IMG/VR virus record: IMGVR_UViG_3300014204_000586
DNA from: a virus
Direction: 5' to 3' (one strand)
DNA length: 28,320 nt
The notes below the pieces were generated by a model. The model was not told the DNA's origin. It saw only the letters and a program-made list of their open reading frames with translations, and searched no databases. Both the position numbers and the translations under genes were made by a program. Positions 8,101-15,975 of the stretch are shown here, one piece after another. Within the stretch, counting starts at the first letter, position 1, and the number at the start of each line of letters is the position of its first letter.

Positions 8101-10784
8101 CGAATGGCCGGCTTATGGCATTTGCTCAAAGCGGCACAGGTAACAGGATTTTATATTCAGATAATCAGTTATCATCCTATACAACCATAGCAGGACCCGC
8201 CGACGTACTTTCTAATAACTGGTTAAGCTCTGCATATTCCCAGGAACTTAACCGTGTTGTTGTTGTAGCTTTCGGCGGATCAGCTTCTAAAAGGGTTATG
8301 TATTCCGATGATTGCGGATCTAACTTTATTTCTGTGGTTAGTCCTGCTCAGCAATGGACCGGCGTTATATGGGCAAAAATGCCGAGTATGTTTATGGCTT
8401 GTTCCCAGGACGGGACCCAACAAATCATGACATGTGCCGACGGTATAAGCCCGTGGACACTTCAAACAACCCCATACGCTGACGCTGTAACGCCCAGTGG
8501 GTCTAGTACTGTCGTTCGTACTCTTGCCGCTCAGTCAAATGTAGGATGGAATTACACTACGTTAGCGACAGATTACAGCGCAAGTGTAAACCCAATGATT
8601 GAATTTGTCCTGCCTGCCTCCGGGCTTACTGCCGGGAATCATTACCGTATAGATAATGTACATGCAAGACTTCGGATAGTTAGCGCAGGTCCAACAGCGT
8701 ACTTAAAAGTAACTGCTCAGACAGCGACTATATCCGAAACAACTATTAAAGAATGGACCGAAACCTCAACAGTTTACCAGGACAAAAGCTATGATTGTGT
8801 TTTCGAAGGAGCAGCAGACGAGGCCGTAACAATCAGGTTTTATCTTAAAACTTCCAATGCATCAATTAGAGCCGGAGCCGATAACATGGGTTATGACGCT
8901 TCGGAAATGACAAGCGGCTCATCTACGATAACATATTCCCGTAATCTATGGCGAGATATTTGTTATTCGGATGAGTTGAACCTCGCGGTAGTTGTCTGCT
9001 ATGACACATCATTAACTAATAATGTCATGTATTCTCAGACCGGGACTAATTGGTATATGGTCCGATCGATAGCTGCAGCTCAGTGGTGGTCAGTTGAATA
9101 TTCACCGGAAACTAGAACATTCATTGCAGTAGGTCAAACAGGCTCAGAAAGGGTTATGTTAGCCAGGGGTTACGGTGAACTTGTTGATATAGCGCCAGAC
9201 AACTGGACAAAGGTAACCGATGGCCAGGAGGCAAGCGACGAGCATACAAATGGCAGTGTTTATACCTACATGATTAAAGGTAATGGAGTAGACGAAAACC
9301 CAGGATACATTTATCAAAAATTACCGTTTGACTCCATGTATGACGCAGGCGAGCTTTATATTTTAAAATCGTCGGCTTATGTAGAGGGTTTGACCTCCGG
9401 AGCTTTCGCGGTTGACATCTTTGCAGGTGGAACAATCGTAAAGGAATTGATATGGGACGCTAACACCAGCGAAATAGACACAAAGGAAATACGGTTTATC
9501 TTTGATACCATACCGCTAAATGTTTATGCCCGGATACGTGGAATAAATACACCAAATGACGGAGCGTATTTTTATAACTCGAACATTATAGTATCAAAGG
9601 TTCAGGAATATGAAAATGACCAGGTCGGCGCGCCAATAGCGACCTTTGGATATAGGGACGCAACACCAAATATTAAATTAAAGGGTGTGGGCACTAATAC
9701 AATGTCCGCAGACACAAACCGGATAATATCAGACAAGGATTACGATACTTATACAACTACCTCAACAAGTTATGGAGATCCAATAAAAACAATAACCTTG
9801 CCTGCCCTTACAGGCGGCTCTAAATATCAGTTAGATGCTTTATCATTTGACTTTAAAACCAATAGCACGGGAGCGTATATATATTGTAAAACTACAATTC
9901 AGGCACCTTCGCTTTTTGGTGGAGCTGAGCGCGATATAAGCATGTATACAACCAACGGGACCAGCTATGAATATAGGCGTTACAAACTGCCTTATCCTTT
10001 GATCTCAGAGACTAACGAGCAGGTAATATTTAGGTGGTATATCCGGATCTCAAAAACCGGTTACACTGGATATGTCAAAAATGCATGGTATCAGTTTACA
10101 GAGTTGCTAGATGTAAACACTACTAAAAATGTTCCAATCTACCTATATAATACGAATGATTCCCGGATAGTTTTAACATGCTGTGATAGTCTCCCGCCAG
10201 GTTACCAGGTAGAAATAAATAAAAACGGTACCGGTAGCTATAGGTATATAGAATCATTTGCAGATGATAATTTCATATCAAATGCTTATGAGGTAGTAGG
10301 TGGTGTTTCCAGAGACGAAACAGAACAAACGCTTTATATACCCGATGGAGGTTCAATAACATTTCCAATGAGTACCTATTATCCTGTTTCCGGAGTTCCG
10401 TTTATAAAAATGCTCGTTGTATCGGGAATACCTCAGATTTCTATAGCTGTGGATACTGGAAGCGGACCCGGCACTTTTTACGAAGTTGATTCTAACACTT
10501 CTGTATCTGTAGAGAATGCCGAAGTTATCAGACTTCTTGACAATGCAGCAGACTTAACACTGAGGGGTGAAAGGAAGTTCTATGTAAAGATATCCAACTT
10601 GTCCGGGGCTTCTTGTACATTCGGTCAAATGCTTATTTACTCAACTCTTGACACTATCGACGCAAGAAGGTTAAAAATATATTCTGCAATTAATCCCAAT
10701 GCAATAGCGGTAGAGGTCGGCGGTGATGGTAAATGCAGTGCCGTATTATCAATAGACTACAGGGATACCCAAATAATAACATGA
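5172..10784 (+). CDS. Giant multidomain tail-tip protein (1870 aa): N-terminal right-handed beta-helix plus an evolved Dit-like scaffold carrying CBM-like, beta-propeller, LamG and other inserted domains
   Basis: Sits directly after the tape measure gene and before the hub. Shows beta-helix repeats, a LamG motif (TIYLDGVQVG...FTGEIYETRIF), seven W/Y-S-x-E-L blade repeats, and Dit-like segments (PNIKLKG; LPPGYQVEIN; NAIAVEV...IDYRD). Confidence 0.8.
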   Translation: MAGETRFITWSGGPAGDYITDGTHDEAEINTAMSWLNSNPGNILIMRGTGNVNSPHYYNIEAQVKIANNMKWTAEAGVMLWVPDGACGTNTTNCVFPNGTPVIGQLNTYVAHVEISGFSISGNCNNQSTVLGYAHGVLQSTGSGVERLFGFKGVSGTGSKCTDIYIHDIHAMDSWGEFLHLMYGRGEIKISNCLAENHQHDCVMLIEVDGDGNEITDSTFYGITDGCVRLDNCKKIPVHDCYMLAYSGTHNNGATKYGHNGMQIANESNKTLLTNEISVYNCYFEGPNLDGIWLNDQLKTAGSADQSVYIHHCKFSNQIAWADWAYWSSGITLGAWGNGVKIESCTFDGCYANGIQVYSVISSAQTHKLEIENCNIINTVGLRAGSSNGPSVQGWGLYNAVPTKMSIVAKNNYLAGNINGDYKNVTPVTSSTSLISGAEPGGGSTIDDDDSDYVPPESSGVYIPASASIIDTDFKYVPRADDDFRSYINGVPFEMVRFLPVGQRGISESESPSFEGTNLGDLGLKGCEIELTGLAADIDELYKIKAAFAQEGRSFLELGGSRKGYFVSGLMSTHGSTEDMSQGDIAGENIIFNATVKTEFPYQEKMIKAVRDHYVNSSCIISSDDIHSGNVVKNNNFLNWSVPQNLVWETIPGPSSADLQNVKYSPELQMWMAVGNSVSGADPQCIISGRSVIPDHSGYKNHGLASGAWESVTGGGVSFNGIDSYVAIPDPEITNTSNYSLYSRFKVGASGVIQSLVGIAKSDSNVQMCNITLNTSNQLLLQHRDDAGHIANVSSSINVNDGLVHEAVGTRDGDTFTIYLDGVQVGQVINSTIGTTTTDRAAIGCLPRLSSRYLFTGEIYETRIFSDTIPSGSISTAGTRTTNRVSSFNSPTTEEPGNSWITPPWWSALSSNRNNWKGLEWCPDWGMWVISSVTSYLGVDDKIAYTADGAEWFIVTTPSDSNSWANLLFIPPNSTVPNGRLMAFAQSGTGNRILYSDNQLSSYTTIAGPADVLSNNWLSSAYSQELNRVVVVAFGGSASKRVMYSDDCGSNFISVVSPAQQWTGVIWAKMPSMFMACSQDGTQQIMTCADGISPWTLQTTPYADAVTPSGSSTVVRTLAAQSNVGWNYTTLATDYSASVNPMIEFVLPASGLTAGNHYRIDNVHARLRIVSAGPTAYLKVTAQTATISETTIKEWTETSTVYQDKSYDCVFEGAADEAVTIRFYLKTSNASIRAGADNMGYDASEMTSGSSTITYSRNLWRDICYSDELNLAVVVCYDTSLTNNVMYSQTGTNWYMVRSIAAAQWWSVEYSPETRTFIAVGQTGSERVMLARGYGELVDIAPDNWTKVTDGQEASDEHTNGSVYTYMIKGNGVDENPGYIYQKLPFDSMYDAGELYILKSSAYVEGLTSGAFAVDIFAGGTIVKELIWDANTSEIDTKEIRFIFDTIPLNVYARIRGINTPNDGAYFYNSNIIVSKVQEYENDQVGAPIATFGYRDATPNIKLKGVGTNTMSADTNRIISDKDYDTYTTTSTSYGDPIKTITLPALTGGSKYQLDALSFDFKTNSTGAYIYCKTTIQAPSLFGGAERDISMYTTNGTSYEYRRYKLPYPLISETNEQVIFRWYIRISKTGYTGYVKNAWYQFTELLDVNTTKNVPIYLYNTNDSRIVLTCCDSLPPGYQVEINKNGTGSYRYIESFADDNFISNAYEVVGGVSRDETEQTLYIPDGGSITFPMSTYYPVSGVPFIKMLVVSGIPQISIAVDTGSGPGTFYEVDSNTSVSVENAEVIRLLDNAADLTLRGERKFYVKISNLSGASCTFGQMLIYSTLDTIDARRLKIYSAINPNAIAVEVGGDGKCSAVLSIDYRDTQIIT

Positions 10785-10793
10785 GGTCATAAC

Positions 10794-11963
10794 ATGATAA
10801 GATTTTATGACTACTCAGCAAGAATACAGAAGCTCACAGGGGAGGTTTATTATCCTCCTGTAGTTTCATTTAGTACAGTCGATAACCTGCCATTTCAGAA
10901 CTCTCCGGAGGCATCTATAGAGGTCATAGCGAATGAGAATTTATCAGGCATACAAAACATTACCCCAATAGAATTTGATGATATCATAAGGCTGAGCGTA
11001 TCTATCAGGTATCATCCGAAGGATGTACCAGTATATGTTAATCTATTTGAGGGAAAAGTTCAGAACATATCTAAAAATTATGGAGAACTGAACACGGTAA
11101 CACTTCAATGTGTAGGCCATATTTATGAAGTGTTCGACACTCTGGAAGTATTCGGCCATTCATGGACAAGTACAGTAGACGCAAAAACAATTATATCAAC
11201 CCTTATGAGCGAGTCTCATAAGCTCAGCCGGGTAGAGTATGACGCTTCGTATGTTGATTCCGGTGTGACACTTCCAGAATTTAACGTCGAAGCTGAAAAA
11301 ATGTTTCTGAATCAGGTACTTTCTAAAATAGAAGAAATATCCGGGTATACAAAATACTTCGATACTGTCCAAATATACGATAGATGGGGCATACTGCAAC
11401 ATATTTACCTTACATTTAAATCAATATCAGCAGCGGTAACGCATAAATACGAAATTAACGAAGGTTCTAACAGGCTTATTGCTGCCTCGGTTGACTCCAT
11501 AGGCGAGGATGTAAAAACCTTTAGGTATGTCGTTGGAGGAACCGACGAGGTAACGGGGACCACATACCACGCCGACGTATCAGACTCGGTGGCAGTTTCT
11601 ATACATGGTCCTCGTTATGCTCTTGATACCTACTCGTGGATCATGTCAAACTCATTATGTACTCAGGTAGCACAGGGTTTACTAGATGGTTCAAAAGATC
11701 CATATGTCTCTATATCATGCACTTTAGAGGGAACACCAGACGCGCACAAGGGAGACCTTGTTAAAGTTGATTTTCACACACTGGATTTAAAGGGAGTTGC
11801 AGTATCCGGGAATTACCGCGTCGCAAAGGTGCAGCATCGTTTATCTGAAACAGGAGCTTATACAACTCAGTTAGACCTGAACAGGGTAAAAATGACTCCA
11901 ACGGAATATACGATAAAGTACATTTCACAGAAATTAAATACTGTATTGACAAACCAGGCATAA
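10794..11963 (+). CDS. Baseplate hub / Tal-like (gp27 / Mu gp44 / late control D-like) protein
   Basis: C-terminal GTPDAHKGDLVKV...GNYRVAKVQHRLSETGAYTTQLDL is the hub-family signature. 389 aa, follows the Dit-like gene. Confidence 0.75.
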   Translation: MIRFYDYSARIQKLTGEVYYPPVVSFSTVDNLPFQNSPEASIEVIANENLSGIQNITPIEFDDIIRLSVSIRYHPKDVPVYVNLFEGKVQNISKNYGELNTVTLQCVGHIYEVFDTLEVFGHSWTSTVDAKTIISTLMSESHKLSRVEYDASYVDSGVTLPEFNVEAEKMFLNQVLSKIEEISGYTKYFDTVQIYDRWGILQHIYLTFKSISAAVTHKYEINEGSNRLIAASVDSIGEDVKTFRYVVGGTDEVTGTTYHADVSDSVAVSIHGPRYALDTYSWIMSNSLCTQVAQGLLDGSKDPYVSISCTLEGTPDAHKGDLVKVDFHTLDLKGVAVSGNYRVAKVQHRLSETGAYTTQLDLNRVKMTPTEYTIKYISQKLNTVLTNQA

Positions 11964-12018
11964 CACAAAAAGGAAAGAAAAGTTGCTGCAGTCACTCGAA
12001 GGATAGTACAAAAAGGAA

Positions 12019-12060
12019 ATTATAGGTATTTTCTATATTTTATAAGAAGGTACCTATAAT
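12019..12060. terminator. Inverted repeat between convergent transcription units (putative terminator)
   Basis: ATTATAGGTA (12019-12028) / TACCTATAAT (12051-12060) form a perfect 10-bp stem between the + tail operon and the - operon. Confidence 0.55.
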
Positions 12061-12137
12061 ACAAGTATGCAATTGGATCATGTAACCAAAAAACTACTTT
12101 TTCTTGAAAGGTCCAGGAGCTGTAATTTAATAAGTTT

Positions 12138-12398
12138 TTATGGTCTTGCAAGCTTCACATCCTCCACAGGTACCCATAGATCAGACTCGATATTAACAAA
12201 TCTTACCCGGATATGTTTTATAGGGTTCTTATTGACGGTTAGGGTCATAGGCTTTGAAATAATCATCACATAAGTTTCTTCCAGGGAATCAAGGTGATTT
12301 TCTTTTACAAACTCCTCTCTTATATTCATAATTACGCCAGGGCTAAAAGAGGACAACCGCGACACGTTGAACGATACATATTTTTTAGCTTTGCTCAT
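12138..12398 (-). CDS. Hypothetical protein (86 aa), possibly SH3-like fold
   Basis: GGTGA SD upstream. Ends in ..RVRFVNIESDLWVPVEDVKLARP, reminiscent of SH3/Tudor-like barrels. Confidence 0.65.
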   Translation of the reverse strand: MSKAKKYVSFNVSRLSSFSPGVIMNIREEFVKENHLDSLEETYVMIISKPMTLTVNKNPIKHIRVRFVNIESDLWVPVEDVKLARP

Positions 12399-12402
12399 AT
12401 AC

Positions 12403-12660
12403 TCACCTAAACTTTTTATTGGCTTCTGCTTTAGTTTTTATCCGGTCTAATGTATCCCACCAGGATACCGGCAATAACTCCAACTCTTTAAAGATGTCAA
12501 TTTCCGGGCTATCATCCGCCCTGATGCTGTCATTTATGCCTTTCTGAGACACAGGCAACCATTTATTTTTATCCTCATTGAAATCTATTTCAATCCATAA
12601 ATGAGATAAGGGAGGTAAAAATACCTCGGGTTTATCTCTTTCTGGCTGGTATTCGTTCAT
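12403..12660 (-). CDS. Hypothetical protein (85 aa)
   Basis: Start overlaps the stop of the upstream gene (TGATG). Part of a tightly packed minus-strand operon. Confidence 0.65.
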   Translation of the reverse strand: MNEYQPERDKPEVFLPPLSHLWIEIDFNEDKNKWLPVSQKGINDSIRADDSPEIDIFKELELLPVSWWDTLDRIKTKAEANKKFR

Positions 12661-13394
12661 CAGATCGCTATTTCAAATGTTCGTCCGGCTTTCTTTTGGA
12701 CCTCAGCAATTTCTTTACGGGCAGCTACCAGGGCGTTACCTGCTGCTTTCATAGTGGATATAATCCACTTGAGGTCTGAGCCGTCAAACAAGGAAGAACC
12801 GATAACAAGCCACTTTGTACGAAGGTTTGTACGTATGCAAAGTTCTTTTCCATTATCCGGGGACCTCTTGACAGTATAGAAGGCTACATTTCCATATCTG
12901 TAAATGTCCGGGAGCTCTTCGAAAGGCAATACATTATGTACTGATTTAACCCTGAACAGCAGGTTACTTTCATGAGGGACCATTTCAAAAGTAATCTTAC
13001 ATACCGAATGATCATTTGATAACTGATTTCTCAGTTCTGCATTCCTTGAGAGCCCTTTAGGACCGCATGAATCGGCAGATACGACGGAGCCAGGTGAACC
13101 AGTTGATTTACTTTTATCTTTTGCTGTAGCTTCTCTGAGTGGTCCGAGCGGTGACACGGTGAGATACTTGTCCATGAGTTCTAAAGTCTCATCCGCCAGG
13201 ACCGGAACAAACATAACCTTTGGTGAAGGGTTTAAAGCTACATTAACCTGAGAGCCTTCGAGTTTGCTCACGAAATCCCGAGCCTGCTTTACCATTTCAT
13301 CAAATGGGTTATTTTCCTCTAATGTAACCTGTCCGGTTAAAAGTTTGTTGTTGTTCTCAAGAAGTTCTTTAATGATTGTGTCTATACCATTCAT
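12660..13394 (-). CDS. Hypothetical protein (244 aa)
   Basis: Long ORF, translationally coupled to the next gene. No recognisable motif. Confidence 0.75.
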   Translation of the reverse strand: MNGIDTIIKELLENNNKLLTGQVTLEENNPFDEMVKQARDFVSKLEGSQVNVALNPSPKVMFVPVLADETLELMDKYLTVSPLGPLREATAKDKSKSTGSPGSVVSADSCGPKGLSRNAELRNQLSNDHSVCKITFEMVPHESNLLFRVKSVHNVLPFEELPDIYRYGNVAFYTVKRSPDNGKELCIRTNLRTKWLVIGSSLFDGSDLKWIISTMKAAGNALVAARKEIAEVQKKAGRTFEIAI

Positions 13395-13454
13395 ATATTA
13401 TCATATCCTCGATTTTTTGTTTATTTCAGTTGATTTTCTGTTATTTTTCATCAA

Positions 13455-14108
13455 TTAATTGAAGTTTTTAACTAAAAACTCTTGTATTTTGCAATGTTCT
13501 GTTTTTATGCCATTGCCTGAAGAAATAAGTTTAGAGACATAAAGCTCATTTTTACTTATTACCTCTGGCGGGATAGTGTCCAGGAAGTCTATAAAATCCC
13601 TCTCAGTACTGCATCTACGTACACTAACATCGAGGCAGTTAAGGGACCAGCTTTTACTAATCGGCTTGTAATACTGCCAATACTTAGACATTCCGGAATT
13701 ACCGGGCACTGGATCATGTGTTTTTTGTCTGCTCAGTGCGTACCTTATTTCGTGTTTAACCTTCGGTCTTTGAAGCTTAATAGCGTTTTGGGTAGTATCA
13801 AGACTGCTTTTACAATAGGAATACATCCTATTGAACAACTCATCCGGAGTATGTAAACTTCCGCTGTCCTGCCCATCCGGTGTATATATTTCGATGCTGT
13901 CAACTATGCAAGAATCGCTTATAACATAAGATTCTGAAAACATAGCTACGAAATACTTTTCGAAATTCTCAACGGGCTTTATAAACCAGTCAAAGAACTT
14001 GAACTTTCTTAAATTAAGTTCACCATCGGGCTGAATCAATACTATCTGAAGGATAGTTAAATTAGATCCGTCGGACGGTGGTTTTATTATTCCTTTGTAT
14101 CGGTCCAT
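13455..14108 (-). CDS. Hypothetical protein (217 aa), first gene of the leftward operon
   Basis: GGTGATATC-ATG SD. TATA box at 14152-14159 upstream. Confidence 0.75.
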   Translation of the reverse strand: MDRYKGIIKPPSDGSNLTILQIVLIQPDGELNLRKFKFFDWFIKPVENFEKYFVAMFSESYVISDSCIVDSIEIYTPDGQDSGSLHTPDELFNRMYSYCKSSLDTTQNAIKLQRPKVKHEIRYALSRQKTHDPVPGNSGMSKYWQYYKPISKSWSLNCLDVSVRRCSTERDFIDFLDTIPPEVISKNELYVSKLISSGNGIKTEHCKIQEFLVKNFN

Positions 14109-14143
14109 GATATCACCTTTTAATACTACAAATACCTATTAAG

Positions 14144-14188
14144 TATACATGTATATATACCTTATCATCAGATGATTAAGTATATATA
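14144..14188. promoter_or_regulatory. Bidirectional archaeal promoter with central dyad (putative operator)
   Basis: TATATATA at 14152-14159 and 14181-14188, arranged symmetrically around ATCATC-A-GATGAT (14164-14176). Divergent genes on both sides. Confidence 0.7.
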
Positions 14189-14221
14189 GGTCTGGTTCTA
14201 TTGTTATTATGGTGAATACCT

Positions 14222-14344
14222 ATGCAGAATTTGAAGAAAATCACTATAGGCAAATATGCCTTTGAAATGCCGACAGAATCAATAACAGGCTGGCTTATTT
14301 TCGGGCTGGCTGCATTGGGTCTAGGATGTTTCATTTTATCATGA
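14222..14344 (+). CDS. Small single-pass membrane protein (40 aa, MQNLKKITIGKYAFEMPTESITGWLIFGLAALGLGCFILS); not in the ORF track
   Basis: GGTGA SD at 14211-14215, ATG 14222, TGA 14342-14344. Hydrophobic C-terminal half. Confidence 0.7.
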   Translation: MQNLKKITIGKYAFEMPTESITGWLIFGLAALGLGCFILS

Positions 14345-14350
14345 GGTACT

Positions 14351-14641
14351 ATGACCACGAACAGCTATAACGATACCCTGAATATAATTTTCGGGGATAA
14401 CCGACGGGTAAACATCTTGCGTTTACTTTATGAAATGAGTACGCAGGGAGACCCAATATATATAAGAAAAATAGTTACGAGGACGGGATACACTCCCCAG
14501 ACAGTTACAAATCATATAAACGAGCTTGAAAAGTATGGAGTGATAAAACGAACACAGCGCGAAGGTTCGCCGACAAAATACATAGACCTCAATGAAAATG
14601 TTGAGGGCGTGATAGATCTTATTCAAGGTTTGAAACTATGA
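14351..14641 (+). CDS. Winged-HTH transcription regulator (ArsR/MarR-like)
   Basis: RRVNILRLL...IRKIVTRTGYTPQTVTNHINELEKYGVIKR...TKYIDLN is a typical wHTH. GAGGT SD. Confidence 0.85.
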   Translation: MTTNSYNDTLNIIFGDNRRVNILRLLYEMSTQGDPIYIRKIVTRTGYTPQTVTNHINELEKYGVIKRTQREGSPTKYIDLNENVEGVIDLIQGLKL

Positions 14642-15975
14642 TCGACTGTTCAGGCATCTCCACAGCTTCACAACTTCAAAAGTACTTTGATAAATACGGA
14701 GCTGAAACATATCAATTTAGTAAGAATCAAAAGATTGCTGTAGATACTCGGATGAATATAAACGGGGCGTATAACCTAAAGGGGTTTTCTGCATATGCAG
14801 ATATGCCCATTTTCAAGTTAAACCCGAGAGTATCCGAAAAAGACTTCGGTATACAGGAAGCAATTATAACCATCAATGGGGCAGGACCTTCTATAGAAGG
14901 TATCCGCTTTGATGGGAATGACGTAAACCAACTATTTGAAAGAGGAGATGGTTACCACAACTTCATAAAACTATACAAGACTACAGGCTTCAGAGCAGAC
15001 CGGTTATATGTCGAGAACTCACTCGGGGATGGAATCCGGGCACAGTTTGCGGATGATACCGAAATATCAAGAATGGGAGTTCATCAATGTGGGCATGATG
15101 GAATATACTTGCAGGAATCTAAAAATGTAATTGTTTCGGGATGTGTGTTTCATATCCGGACCAATTGTGCTACAAGGTTCAGAGCTTGTGAGAATGCCCA
15201 ATTTTATAATAATTGGGTTGAAAATCAAATCCATACAGGCATAAGCACAGGGCCAGGTCTCCAACTTGAGAATTCAACAACCTCGACAACTGCAAAAGAT
15301 TACAGCATATTTAACAACTACTTCAAAAACACTGATGGTCCGGGAATATGGGCTATTAATACATATGCTGCAAGTCCGGACGCTGCAACAGGCTTGAACA
15401 TCTACCAAAACACGTTTGAGAATTGCGGCCAGGGAGGGCACTATAAGAATGTCACAAGTACAGGCGGTATTTGTGTCGATGGTTGGAAGGCAGGAATCTA
15501 TCAAAACCTTTTCACGGGTTGCAGCTCTGGCGTGACTATAGGTCCTTGGGTTTCAATAACTCCGGCTGGTTCCGGGTATCAAGTAACAGTTAAAAATAAT
15601 ATGTTTGCTCACTGTGCAGCAGGCAAGCAGGTCTATTCATCGGCTGGTACAGGCATAGACAAAACTTCTAAAGTTAATACAAAAGTTTCATGTTCTGAAA
15701 ATTGGTTCTATGAAAATAAAAATGACTATTTCGGGACGGGAGAGACGACACAGATAAACCCATACCTAACGCTAAATAATCATCTATATGTAATAGGTGA
15801 TAAATCAAGCGTCGAGGGTAGGGGTATAGGCGCAAAAGGTGTAAACAACACATATGAGTCAACCGATGTTGAAAAGGTCGAAATTAGAATATCAAAGATT
15901 CTGAAGGTAAGATACTCGGATAAATACCCGAATGTTCTTCCTGAAGGTGTGATAATATGGAAGCGTAAATCATGA
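14638..15975 (+). CDS. Free-standing right-handed beta-helix protein, disaggregatase-related-like (putative polysaccharide depolymerase)
   Basis: Motifs GDGYHNFI, NSLGDGIR, GHDGIY, RTNCATR, GPGLQLE, GPGIWA, GGICVDGW resemble Methanosarcina disaggregatase-related beta-helix domains (recalled, not searched). Confidence 0.7.
   Translation: MIDCSGISTASQLQKYFDKYGAETYQFSKNQKIAVDTRMNINGAYNLKGFSAYADMPIFKLNPRVSEKDFGIQEAIITINGAGPSIEGIRFDGNDVNQLFERGDGYHNFIKLYKTTGFRADRLYVENSLGDGIRAQFADDTEISRMGVHQCGHDGIYLQESKNVIVSGCVFHIRTNCATRFRACENAQFYNNWVENQIHTGISTGPGLQLENSTTSTTAKDYSIFNNYFKNTDGPGIWAINTYAASPDAATGLNIYQNTFENCGQGGHYKNVTSTGGICVDGWKAGIYQNLFTGCSSGVTIGPWVSITPAGSGYQVTVKNNMFAHCAAGKQVYSSAGTGIDKTSKVNTKVSCSENWFYENKNDYFGTGETTQINPYLTLNNHLYVIGDKSSVEGRGIGAKGVNNTYESTDVEKVEIRISKILKVRYSDKYPNVLPEGVIIWKRKS

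Noticed and set aside
161-8465. Antisense and alternate-frame ORFs inside the structural genes (e.g. 161-379, 1045-1422, 3575-3907, 4067-4396, 7583-7951)
   Set aside because: Shadow ORFs of long, motif-bearing genes, with no SD or recognisable motifs.
10794-11963. Contractile (myovirus) tail suggested by the Mu gp44/late control D-like hub
   Set aside because: No sheath, wedge or baseplate J-like gene lies between the neck and hub genes. The hub fold is shared with siphovirus Tal proteins.
14176-14358. Minus-strand 60-aa ORF from the track
   Set aside because: It overlaps a better-supported plus-strand 40-aa ORF (GGTGA SD, TATA box, operon context) and would run into the promoter dyad.
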